Part shown: piece after piece, positions 11,853-20,650 of the stretch
Layout of the letters: each line of letters starts with the position of its first letter
Position numbering within the stretch: position 1 is the first letter of the stretch
The notes under the pieces: generated by a model
The model's input: the letters and a program-made list of their open reading frames with translations, nothing else
The model's database searches: none
What the model was told of the DNA's origin: nothing
Program-made: the position numbers and the translations under genes
Assembly: GCA_964637695.1 (NCBI GenBank)
Contig: CAZWVF010000009.1
Span: 1-55,971 of the forward strand
Reading direction: 5' to 3'
Source: an uncultured Gemmatimonadota bacterium
GTDB taxonomy: Bacteria; Blakebacterota; Blakebacteria; Blakebacterales; Blakebacteraceae
Length of the DNA: 55,971 bases

Positions 11853-13703
11853 TTATTCATTCTTCGAATCTGAGGACCGTCTGAACCTTCCCCACTTATC
11901 AGAATCGGGTACCTGATCACCCGAGGGAGAGTGACCGCCATCCCCCTCGTCTCCGGCTGCTCCCCTGATCGTATCTTCCACCGACCGCCCCGGTTTCATA
12001 TAAGGTATATCTTCTTCAGCCGGCGGCGCGATCTCTCCCGATTCCATCTTCTTCTTCATGTTCATCACGATCGCATTGTGCTGTCCGGCTACTCCGGTCC
12101 ACGACCGGTTCTCCCTCTTGTCGCGGCCGTGTTCCATCTCTTCTGCCTGCAGCGGCTGCTGGATGGCCGGTTGCGTTTCAGCAACAGAACGCTCAGGCGA
12201 GACATCCCGTACTGTCTGAGGCTGCCGGTCGGGTTGTTTTGACTGTACAACCTGTTTTCTATGCGGCGGTTTCGATCTGTCTGGAGGTCGCTGTCGTTTC
12301 CCTGCACCGCGATCTTCTCTCTGGCGGCTCCGATTCCTGTCATCACGCGGTTTCCTCTCCCTTCCCCCGTGACGCTCCCGCCTCCCGGTCGATCCGCTCC
12401 CTCTCTTCTTCCCCTTCAGCAGTTCGGTCCATTCCTTCAATATATTGTCATACCGGCCAGTCGACTCTGCTTCCACACGGAAGAGATCGAAAGCGTCCTG
12501 GAAGTAGGCACGGCTGATCATATCCTTCAGATCACGCTGTCCCGAAGGACGCCTTCTCATCTTTCGAGCCGCCAGGATGCTTTGTTTTACCTGATGCCGT
12601 CGACGGTTCGGCACCCTGTAGAAGGTCTGACCCTCCTCAAGTATCTTATCCACCTCCCTCAGGAATTCACCCTTTACCAGCCTTCCACTTTTGCGCTGTT
12701 CCGCAGAGGCTACCGCCTGACGCAGCGGTGCATTGAAAAGGATGGAAAAGAGCGGAACATCGCGCACCGGCTCTCCCGATTTTATCCATCTGTCAACGAC
12801 CGCAAGTTCCTTGAAGAACCGTTCCCCTTTTGCCGACCTGAGGGCCGTGTGAAGCTCGGGATGTAGAATCTCCAGAAGACCCAGGTCGAGCAGCTTCCTG
12901 AATGCACTCTGAGCAGCACCGCTTCGGAGAAGATGCAGCAGTTCATCTGACATGCGCGCATCTGAGGCTCTACGGAGATCCTTCCTGTGTTTTTTAATAC
13001 TCCTGGCGACACCCGGATCCATCTCGAAACCGAGTCTGGCAGAGTACTCCACCGCGCGGATCATCCTGACCGGATCCTCACGGAACCGGATGTTGGGATC
13101 ACCGATCGTACGGATCTGTTCTGAGTGCAGGTCGGCGAGTCCTCCCACATAATCAATGATCGAAAAATCGGCAATATTGTAGAAGAGAGCATTGATGGTC
13201 AGATCTCGACGATAGGCATCCTGCTGTGGCGATCCCCACGTGTTGTCCTCACGGATCAGCAGATCACGGGTGTCCTCCTCGCTATCTTTCGACTCCTCTC
13301 CGTCGGGCAGCGCAGGAGTGCGGCGGAAAGTCGACACCTCGATGACCTTGCGACCCTTGAACATCACATGTGCCATCCGGAAACGCCGGCCGATCAGCCT
13401 GCTGTTGACAAACAGCTTCCTTATCTCATCCGGTCTGGCGTCGGTGGCCACATCGTAATCCTTCGGCGTTCGACCCAGCAAAAGGTCCCGGACGGCCCCG
13501 CCGACCAGATAAGCTTTATGTCCTGAATTGTGCAGGCGATAGAGGACCTTCAGGGCCTCTTCTTCCATTTTCTTGCGGGATATCGTGTGCTCGGCTCTGG
13601 GTATTATCAGCGGCTCAGAAGGGCGGGATTCCTTCCCAAGGCCCAGCAGCCGCTCCAGTAACCCTTTGGGAGACTTCGAGTTACCCGTATATGTATTCTC
13701 CAT
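11853..13703 (-). CDS. pcnB: Poly(A) polymerase I (PcnB family)
   Basis: LVGGAVRDLLLG, KDYDVAT, PAP-specific signature LIGRRFRMAHV, RRDLTINALFY, RFREDPVRMIRA; long charged C-terminal tail. Confidence 0.9.
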   Translation of the reverse strand: MENTYTGNSKSPKGLLERLLGLGKESRPSEPLIIPRAEHTISRKKMEEEALKVLYRLHNSGHKAYLVGGAVRDLLLGRTPKDYDVATDARPDEIRKLFVNSRLIGRRFRMAHVMFKGRKVIEVSTFRRTPALPDGEESKDSEEDTRDLLIREDNTWGSPQQDAYRRDLTINALFYNIADFSIIDYVGGLADLHSEQIRTIGDPNIRFREDPVRMIRAVEYSARLGFEMDPGVARSIKKHRKDLRRASDARMSDELLHLLRSGAAQSAFRKLLDLGLLEILHPELHTALRSAKGERFFKELAVVDRWIKSGEPVRDVPLFSILFNAPLRQAVASAEQRKSGRLVKGEFLREVDKILEEGQTFYRVPNRRRHQVKQSILAARKMRRRPSGQRDLKDMISRAYFQDAFDLFRVEAESTGRYDNILKEWTELLKGKKRGSGSTGRRERHGGRERKPRDDRNRSRQREDRGAGKRQRPPDRSKPPHRKQVVQSKQPDRQPQTVRDVSPERSVAETQPAIQQPLQAEEMEHGRDKRENRSWTGVAGQHNAIVMNMKKKMESGEIAPPAEEDIPYMKPGRSVEDTIRGAAGDEGDGGHSPSGDQVPDSDKWGRFRRSSDSKNE

Positions 13704-13711
13704 AACTATGA

Positions 13712-13740
13712 AAGATAGTCAGAAAAATGACTTTTGGCAA
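13712..13740 (-). promoter_or_regulatory. Sigma70-type promoter of pcnB
   Basis: Minus strand TTGCCA (13740..13735), 17-nt spacer, TATCTT (13717..13712); only 8 nt separate it from the ATG. Confidence 0.6.
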
Positions 13741-13869
13741 AGCAGGACTTCTCTCACCTGCGATTAAGAAAGTGAAGATATATCCTGTTTCCACTGCGCT
13801 CGCGCCCATCCGGAGGTTGCCGGCCGGCTGACGCCGAGATCGCGGAAAAGGGCTGTTTACGGACGGGAA

Positions 13870-16764
13870 CTAGAAAATCTGGCCTATGGCAAACTGGAAG
13901 CGCCCCGCCCCGTAGCTTCCGCTGAAATCGGTTGGAATCGCGTAATCAAAGAAGAGCGTGAAGAAACCCAGATTGAGCCGTATGCCAGCCCCCACTGCTC
14001 CCAGAATGGCGTTTGAAAGGTATCGATTATCAGGATAGTCAACCGGCTGCCAGGCAGGTTCGTAGCCTTTATTCCATACGGCTCCAACATCGGCGAAGAG
14101 AGCACCTGACAGAAAATCCCACTGAATAGGCATGAAGGGGAGCAGCGGATAGCGGAATTCGACATTCTGTATGGCCAGGTTCTCTCCGTTCAACTGACCG
14201 TAGGCGGTTCCGTGCAGATACGTCGGACCCCCGATCAGGAACTGGCGCCCCTGCGCTCCCGCGACAATTCCACCGGCAAAGGTTCTCATCGCCAGTGCTC
14301 CACGGTGATTGATCGGGAAGTACTTGCGGTAGTCGAGGATTACCGTTGTGGAATTGTAGAGTCCGAAGAGCGAATATGCCTGCAGACGCCACCTCTGACC
14401 GCCGATCGGCCCTGAGATGAAATAGAGGGCCGAATCATAAACATGGCTGACACCGGCCTGGGTGAAGGTATCACTGCCCAGTTCCTCATCCACGTTGATC
14501 TGACCGTACCAGCTGGCCGTCAGAAGTTGGTCCGTGATGTTGACGTAGCTTATATTTCCTTCCAGCCTCGAAAAAGTATTGAATGGGTAGTACCCCATCA
14601 GGGCAACTCCCCTGTAGGTACGGCTCCAGTACTGGGTTCCGACCAGAGAGGAGAAGAGCCCGCTCATGCTGGCTTCCTGAAAGATCGAGACTCCCCAGTT
14701 CAGCCTTCTCGTCAAGTTGACATATGTAGCTGAAATGTTCGAGCGTTCCAGAGATCCATAAAGACCGAGAGCCACCGTTACGTTGTGATTTCCAAGCATA
14801 TCGCTGAAACCGACAACGAAATCCCCCATTACACCGATATTCGAAGAGAATCCCCCTGCACCGAAAATGTAGTCGGCTTTAAGTTTCGTTGAGTAGTCGG
14901 CTTCCTCGAACAGGGCCGGGTCGCCCAGCTCGTATCCGGCCCATACCGGCTCGAAGGGCACTGCATCTGGATCGGGTCCAAGAGCTTCATCACCGAGCGT
15001 TATGTACCTCGGATCATCCATCGTGTATATATCCCACCCCATCGACCTGAAACTGGAGAAAGCCATCTTGCCGGAACTGCTCGACCATGATATGGCAGGA
15101 GAATTTGCCGTAATGCCCGATACACCGGACACAAGGTTCGTTACCTTGCGGATCTCCCTCTGATCCAGATCGTAGAGAAAGATCTGAGGCACGCCGGCCC
15201 GGTCGCTTATGAAAGCCAGCTGCTCTCCATCGGGGCTCCAGACCGGATTGATATCGTGGTAGGCACCGCCGGTCATCAGCTCCACAGATCCCGACACAGG
15301 ATCCACCAGAGCGAGCCTGAATCCGCGGAAATCGAGGTTCCCCACGTCTGTAGGTTCACCCCTGTCGGTAGTCACGGCAATCATGTCGCCATCGGGAGAC
15401 CAGGATGGATGGATGTAGGAGTATATGTCCCTGGTGAGCTGCTGCAGTTCACCCCCATCGCTGTTTGCGATGTAGAGATCCCGCTGGCCGTACTTCATTC
15501 CGCTGAACACCACTTTCGATCCATCGGGACTCAGAGCTGCCGAGGTTATTGACATACCTTCAAATCGCAGTTTTTCCCGCGTTCTGCCCGATTTTGCGTC
15601 TACAAGATGAATGACATCTTCTGTCCCGCCGCTTCCCACGAATGCCAGGATCTCACCATCTGCCGACCACGACATGGTCGATTCGAAGAAGTCGATTATC
15701 TCCAGCGACCCTGAAGAACCGCCGTAGGCAAGAGCGCGGCGGGATAAACCTGTTTCGGCATCCACAATATATACGCCGTCACGGAGGTCGGCATTTGCGA
15801 TAAAGGCTACCCTGTTGCCGTCGGGACTGATCGAAGGAGTCAGGTTCAGATTATAGATCAATCCCTCATGTTCGACGAGCCTGGTAGCTATCGAATCGGG
15901 ACTGTCCTTCCGGGCGATTATCGTCGAATATTTAGAATTCAGCTGCGATTCCCAGAGGTCGCCTATCTCTTTTGGCGTCTGGCTGTACACTCTCTGCAGG
16001 GCCGACATCCAGTTGCGCGTTCGTACAGTTTCCTTGAAGAACCTGCGCAGCGATTCCCTGCCGTAACGCTCTCCCAGAAAATGGTAGAGTCCCTGCCCGA
16101 GGCGATAGACGCGGATATCCTGAACCGTCTCGAATTCAGCCAGGCTCATGAATTCATCATTTATGACCATGTCCCGAAGCCAGATTTCGGTATTCGGATC
16201 GAGGCCTATCGAGAAATACTCGGCCATGCCCTCCATCATCCAGAGGGGGGGCTGCCACTGGAGAGGATTGAGAGAATTACCGGTACCCATGATCTCCATC
16301 TGGAATGCGTGCACGAGTTCGTGTGTCAGGACGTGCGTAAAATCCTCGATCGTCGGCATCATCGGCAGGATGACACGCTGCTTGAGAGATTCGGTTACAC
16401 CCTGTGTACCCTCACCTATCCCGGCCACTGCATTCGTCTGCCGGAAATCCTGGTGGTCAGCATAAATCAGCAGGGGAATGCGCTCTTCAATGTCGACCTG
16501 AAGAATCTGGCTCAGATAGGAATAGGAGCGTTCCGCTATCCTGGCAGCATCGCGGATGGCTTCTTCCTCACCCTCGTAGTAGTGGACATCGAAATGGGTT
16601 GTTTTGAGAGTCTTCCAGTCGAAACGGTCATACTGGACCTTATTGCGACCGAAAACCGCCATCTGAGCATCAGCGGGACTCTGCATCGACAGAATCAGCA
16701 AGGCCGTCAAAACGACTCCGGCTGAAATCATCAATCTGCTGTATCTGAAACAGGGTTTATACAT
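13870..16764 (-). CDS. Omp85/BamA-TamA-family outer-membrane protein with N-terminal zinc-peptidase-like domain and PD40/TolB propeller
   Basis: Strong SD (GGAGGGG), signal peptide, FGRNKVQY, HELVH plus WMMEGMAEY, several xSPDG/WSPDG repeats, C-terminal barrel (NVEFRYP, LFADVGAVW, GAGIRLNLG) ending in Phe. Confidence 0.85.
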   Translation of the reverse strand: MYKPCFRYSRLMISAGVVLTALLILSMQSPADAQMAVFGRNKVQYDRFDWKTLKTTHFDVHYYEGEEEAIRDAARIAERSYSYLSQILQVDIEERIPLLIYADHQDFRQTNAVAGIGEGTQGVTESLKQRVILPMMPTIEDFTHVLTHELVHAFQMEIMGTGNSLNPLQWQPPLWMMEGMAEYFSIGLDPNTEIWLRDMVINDEFMSLAEFETVQDIRVYRLGQGLYHFLGERYGRESLRRFFKETVRTRNWMSALQRVYSQTPKEIGDLWESQLNSKYSTIIARKDSPDSIATRLVEHEGLIYNLNLTPSISPDGNRVAFIANADLRDGVYIVDAETGLSRRALAYGGSSGSLEIIDFFESTMSWSADGEILAFVGSGGTEDVIHLVDAKSGRTREKLRFEGMSITSAALSPDGSKVVFSGMKYGQRDLYIANSDGGELQQLTRDIYSYIHPSWSPDGDMIAVTTDRGEPTDVGNLDFRGFRLALVDPVSGSVELMTGGAYHDINPVWSPDGEQLAFISDRAGVPQIFLYDLDQREIRKVTNLVSGVSGITANSPAISWSSSSGKMAFSSFRSMGWDIYTMDDPRYITLGDEALGPDPDAVPFEPVWAGYELGDPALFEEADYSTKLKADYIFGAGGFSSNIGVMGDFVVGFSDMLGNHNVTVALGLYGSLERSNISATYVNLTRRLNWGVSIFQEASMSGLFSSLVGTQYWSRTYRGVALMGYYPFNTFSRLEGNISYVNITDQLLTASWYGQINVDEELGSDTFTQAGVSHVYDSALYFISGPIGGQRWRLQAYSLFGLYNSTTVILDYRKYFPINHRGALAMRTFAGGIVAGAQGRQFLIGGPTYLHGTAYGQLNGENLAIQNVEFRYPLLPFMPIQWDFLSGALFADVGAVWNKGYEPAWQPVDYPDNRYLSNAILGAVGAGIRLNLGFFTLFFDYAIPTDFSGSYGAGRFQFAIGQIF

Positions 16765-16810
16765 CGCCCCTCCAGCTGTAGTGGCCGGGCCCCTCTCCCG
16801 ACTGTATCGA

Positions 16811-16838
16811 ATAGACGCTGCAACCGGATATTAAGTTC
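16811..16838 (-). promoter_or_regulatory. Putative sigmaE (RpoE)-type ECF promoter
   Basis: Minus strand GAACTT (16838..16833), 16-nt spacer, GTCTAT (16816..16811), about 45 nt upstream of the Omp85-family start. Confidence 0.55.
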
Positions 16839-16860
16839 ACACGTGTGGACTCCTAATTTG

Positions 16861-16894
16861 AGTGCATTGTTCTGCAATTACGGGGCTGTGCACT
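16861..16894. repeat. 34-bp REP-like palindrome, degenerate copy
   Basis: Reverse complement matches 11814..11847 at 26/34 positions; contains the stop codon of the PhzF-family gene. Confidence 0.6.
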
Positions 16895-17825
16895 TAGGTA
16901 TCGTGATTTTCCCTTCAAGGGATCTGGCAGCCATTCCGCCGACCCACACTTCAGAGACAGAGTGTCCAACCAGCTGCAGCTCAACCTCCACCTGACCCGG
17001 TCTACCCACTTCGGCCCCCTGTTCGATAAGGAACCGGCGTCTGTCACCCTCACCGGGCAGATCGTTTATGTATGCCAGATAGCCACCCAGCGAACCGGCC
17101 GCGGTCCCGGTAACCGGATCCTCGTCAATACCTACGGCAGGTGCAAATGTGCGAACATGAGCATACGTCCTTTCACAGCCGGTTTCCAGCGTCATGATCT
17201 GCACCGTTATCACTTTCAGGTCACGGCTCAGCCCGGCGAGTGCACGAAAATCGGGGCGGGCGGTTGTGACAGAGTTCAGATCGGGCATCGCAGCGTGGAG
17301 GCATCTGCAGCCGGTACTGACTATCAGGGGGGGTCCAACTTCTTCATCGGCCTTCTTCAGCTCATCAAGGTCCACACCGAGTGCAACTGCCAGAGTGTCC
17401 AGATCGAGCCGGAATGGTTCATATTGAGGTGGTTGCTGGCCCATCATCACCCTTTCCAGCTTTCCATCCTCGACCTTCAGACGTATCTGCAGCAATCCGG
17501 CTTTCGCATCCAGATGGACAACCATTTCGCCGTCCAGCACGGGTATCATTCCCTTCCACACGAGTGCATGGAAGGCGGCTATCGTGGCATGACCGCACAG
17601 CGGGACTTCCTCCGCAGGTGTAAAATATCTGACAGTGAATGGCCCCGGATACACTCCCCCGCAAAGAAACGCTGTCTCCGATGCATTTACCTCACGCGCG
17701 ATCGCCTGCATCTGCTCATCTGTAAGATCCCCGGCCTCGAGCAGGACACCGGCAGGATTGCCGCCGAATGGAACTTCGGTGAAAGCGTCTATGACCAGAA
17801 GGTCTCTCAGGTTTTTTTCTGTCAC
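16878..17825 (-). CDS. PhzF family phenazine biosynthesis-like epimerase/isomerase
   Basis: DAFTEVPFGGNPAGV, NASETAF, RYFTPAEEVPLCGHAT, VSTG, RTFAPAVGIDEDPVTGTAAG, EQGAEVGRPG. Confidence 0.92.
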   Translation of the reverse strand: MTEKNLRDLLVIDAFTEVPFGGNPAGVLLEAGDLTDEQMQAIAREVNASETAFLCGGVYPGPFTVRYFTPAEEVPLCGHATIAAFHALVWKGMIPVLDGEMVVHLDAKAGLLQIRLKVEDGKLERVMMGQQPPQYEPFRLDLDTLAVALGVDLDELKKADEEVGPPLIVSTGCRCLHAAMPDLNSVTTARPDFRALAGLSRDLKVITVQIMTLETGCERTYAHVRTFAPAVGIDEDPVTGTAAGSLGGYLAYINDLPGEGDRRRFLIEQGAEVGRPGQVEVELQLVGHSVSEVWVGGMAARSLEGKITIPKCTAP

Positions 17826-17894
17826 CCCTCTTTCCTTTCAGGCTGCATATATGAGCCTGTCTGAAAAACACTCCCTCATCATACATGTAAAGTC

Positions 17895-17922
17895 TTGACA
17901 GAGAATGCCGGCCTGCCATCTT
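17895..17922 (+). promoter_or_regulatory. Sigma70-type promoter of rpsT
   Basis: Perfect TTGACA at 17895..17900, 16-nt spacer, TG-extended weak -10 CATCTT at 17917..17922. Confidence 0.5.
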
Positions 17923-17930
17923 GGTAGCTC

Positions 17931-17964
17931 AATGTGCCGCTCCGAAATTAAGGAACGGTGCACT
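17931..17964. repeat. 34-bp REP-like palindrome in the rpsT leader
   Basis: AATGTGCCGCTCCGAAATTAAGGAACGGTGCACT matches 11814..11847 at 31/34 positions. Confidence 0.75.
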
Positions 17965-18019
17965 ATTAACAACTGGTTCCGCAGGTAATTAACCACCCTG
18001 CAAAGCAGGAGGAAAGGTA

Positions 18020-18283
18020 TTGCCGACACACGAATCAGCGGCAAAACGGCTTCGCCAGAACGTAAAGCTGCGGCTGCATAACAGAGCACAGAGATCTGAG
18101 ATCAGGACTCTGATTCGAAATATCCGCCAGAATCCGGAGGCCGATAAGGCTCCAGAACTTCTCAGGGAAGTCTCTATTCTGCTCGATCGTTACTCTACAA
18201 AGGGCCTGCATCACAAGAACAAGGCCAACCGTTTGAAATCGAATCTCTCCAGGCTGGTGAAGTCGGCTCAGAATCCTTCCTGA
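18020..18283 (+). CDS. rpsT: 30S ribosomal protein S20
   Basis: MPTHESAAKRLRQ...NRAQRSEIRT...HHKNKANRLKS; AGGAGG SD; TTG start. Confidence 0.95.
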   Translation: MPTHESAAKRLRQNVKLRLHNRAQRSEIRTLIRNIRQNPEADKAPELLREVSILLDRYSTKGLHHKNKANRLKSNLSRLVKSAQNPS

Positions 18284-18344
18284 CAGCCTGAACCAGGATG
18301 ATATTACAGGTTACATCTTGATAATGGTCTGCAGTGTCGGGAAC

Positions 18345-19142
18345 TCAGACCGTGTAACTTCCAAGTTCTTCGCCGATCTCAATCCGTCCCTTGAAAGCTT
18401 CCGCCGCTTCTCTCTTCAAAGCGACAGGATCGGCAAGGGTCGATTCCAGAAAGTGAACCAGGAGAAGAGCCTCTGTACCGGCAGCGGCGGCGGTCCTCCC
18501 CGCATCGAGGGCGGTGCTGTGACCCGCAGGCATCAGCTCCCGGTCTGACTCCCTGAAAGTCGCTTCATGTACAAGCAGGTCTGCTCCAGCGGCGAGCAGA
18601 GGGAGAGCTTCACATGGAGCCGTGTCGGAAGAATATGCTGCGATGCGTCCTCCGATTTCAACACGCACACCGACGCATTCGAGCGTATGATCCACAGGTG
18701 CGGTCCACATCCTCATCAAACCGGAGCTGTAAACCTCCTCCAGTTGGACCGAAGTGCCGGCCGGCAACGGGATCTCCACCGGTGCCAGAGGAACCTCGGG
18801 TCTATCCATCATCCCGAACGCATCGAGCACCTGGAGGGCACACTTCATGGCCGCTGGTGGAGCAAGCAGTGGGAGAGGTTCATTTCTGGGTGTCGGAATC
18901 AGGCAGTGGATGAGACTGGGCAGGCCGTAGAGGTGGTCGGGATGGTGGTGAGTGATCAGTACTCCGCGCAGATTGTCGGGATCGATGCCTGCCTGTTTGA
19001 GTTTTTTGTGTGGAGAGGCTCCGCAATCAATCAGCCAGACACCCTCTTTCCATAGCAGCGCCAGGCTTGTATTATCCCTGTCGAGCGGTGCGAAGGCTGC
19101 TCCCGTACCCAGCAGAACGATTTTAAAATTTTCTGCACTCAT
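18345..19142 (-). CDS. MBL-fold metallo-hydrolase (RNase Z/ElaC-AtsA-like)
   Basis: LLGTG, LIDCG, THHHPDHLYG (HxHxDH), VDH, YSSDT, LVHEATF, GHST, LVHF. Confidence 0.8.
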   Translation of the reverse strand: MSAENFKIVLLGTGAAFAPLDRDNTSLALLWKEGVWLIDCGASPHKKLKQAGIDPDNLRGVLITHHHPDHLYGLPSLIHCLIPTPRNEPLPLLAPPAAMKCALQVLDAFGMMDRPEVPLAPVEIPLPAGTSVQLEEVYSSGLMRMWTAPVDHTLECVGVRVEIGGRIAAYSSDTAPCEALPLLAAGADLLVHEATFRESDRELMPAGHSTALDAGRTAAAAGTEALLLVHFLESTLADPVALKREAAEAFKGRIEIGEELGSYTV

Positions 19143-19182
19143 GCCATCCAGCCCAGATTATACAGGGATCGTGCAGTTTGAC

Positions 19183-20343
19183 CTACTTTCCCATTCCTAC
19201 GTGCTGTGCCTTCTGAAAAACCTTCCCCTCGGTCCCTATGGATGGAGCTATGATGATCTCGGTCAACTGGAATTCCCGGATATTGCGGGCCCCGACGTTA
19301 CCCATGCTGGTCTGGATGGCTCCGACCAGATTCTGGCTTCCATCATCGAGTCTGGCAGGACCCAGAAGTATCTCCTGCAGGGTTCCGGTTGTACCGACGT
19401 GTATCCGGGTACCCCTGGGCAGATTCGCATGCGGAGTGGCCATCCCCCAGTGGTACCCGCCGCCAGGAGCCTCTTCGGCCTGTGCGAAGGCACTGCCGAC
19501 CATTACTGCATCGGCACCGCAGGCCAGGGCCTTGCATATATCCCCTCCGGCGCGCATCCCGCCGTCTGTAATAATGGGCACGTATTTACCGGTGTTCTTG
19601 TAGTGGAAATCGCGGGCGGTCGCGCAATCGATCGTGGCGGTTACCTGTGGCACCCCCAATCCGAGAACGCCTCGTGTTGTACAGGCGGCCCCAGGTCCTA
19701 TCCCGACAAGCAACCCGTCTATACCCGCCTGCATCAGTTCCAGACTGACGTTGTAACCGACCGTATTGCCGGCAATTACCGTAACCGGTATCTCGCTGCA
19801 GAACTTCTCGAAATTGAGTGTTTCGTATTCGTTCGATATATGCCTGACTGTGGAAACGGTTGACTGAACAACGAAGAAATCGGTCCCGGCATCAGCAGCC
19901 AGTTTCCCGAACCGCTCTGCTCTCTGCGGAATGGCTGAAACCGCCACAGGAACACCACCAGCCTTTATCTCCTCCACCCTCCTTGTCACCAGTTTCTCCT
20001 GAATCGGCGGAGTGTACAGGTTCTGTACCAGGCGGGTGGCTTCTTCATTGTTGGCGGCAGCTATTTCCGCCAGCACCTCACTTGGATCTTCATATCTAGT
20101 CTGAACCCCCTCCAGGTTCAGTACGGCCAGACCGCCGAGCTTTCCCATGGCAATGGCGAATTTGACATCGACCACACCGTCCATAGCACTGGCGATAATC
20201 GGTATCGGGAAACGATGACCCTCGAATTCCCAGGAGGAATCGGTTTCGTTCGGATTGATCGTTACTTCTCCAGGAACCAGTGCGACCTCGTCGAAGCCGT
20301 AACAGCGACGGGCCTTTCTCCCTACACCCAGATACATGCCCAT
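19183..20343 (-). CDS. guaB3: GuaB3-family IMP dehydrogenase-related protein
   Basis: [54 protein letters not shown]; no CBS domains; ATG 20343 chosen by SD spacing. Confidence 0.9.
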   Translation of the reverse strand: MGMYLGVGRKARRCYGFDEVALVPGEVTINPNETDSSWEFEGHRFPIPIIASAMDGVVDVKFAIAMGKLGGLAVLNLEGVQTRYEDPSEVLAEIAAANNEEATRLVQNLYTPPIQEKLVTRRVEEIKAGGVPVAVSAIPQRAERFGKLAADAGTDFFVVQSTVSTVRHISNEYETLNFEKFCSEIPVTVIAGNTVGYNVSLELMQAGIDGLLVGIGPGAACTTRGVLGLGVPQVTATIDCATARDFHYKNTGKYVPIITDGGMRAGGDICKALACGADAVMVGSAFAQAEEAPGGGYHWGMATPHANLPRGTRIHVGTTGTLQEILLGPARLDDGSQNLVGAIQTSMGNVGARNIREFQLTEIIIAPSIGTEGKVFQKAQHVGMGK

Positions 20344-20488
20344 CCGGGTCATCCTCCTGATATGTGTTGGTACCTTAACAAATGCTGGTCAGCGAAATCT
20401 AGGAGTGTTATCTCTGCGGGCAACTCCATTCTCCAATATGTGGCCGGATGAACACAAGAATTGTGACGTTCAGGTGACACCGTGATCT

Positions 20489-20518
20489 TTCAAATAATCC
20501 CGATAATCGTATTATAAT
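20489..20518 (+). promoter_or_regulatory. Putative sigma70 promoter of the accessory operon
   Basis: TATAAT at 20513..20518 with TTCAAA 18 nt upstream, in an AT-rich intergenic stretch. Confidence 0.45.
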
Positions 20519-20650
20519 CGAAGAGGCATCCCCTAAGTATTTATCTTACAACAAGTTATGTGTTCCGGTTCATTGACATTCTCTCTGGCACATCTGTTGC
20601 GGTGCTTCTTGACAGCAAATAGAGCCCCCGAAGCAGTGGGAGAGCGTGCC

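Noticed and set aside
20493-20520. ATAATC triplet as a Fur box
   Set aside because: The half-site spacing does not fit the 7-1-7 or 9-1-9 Fur consensus; a -10 element in AT-rich DNA explains it more simply.
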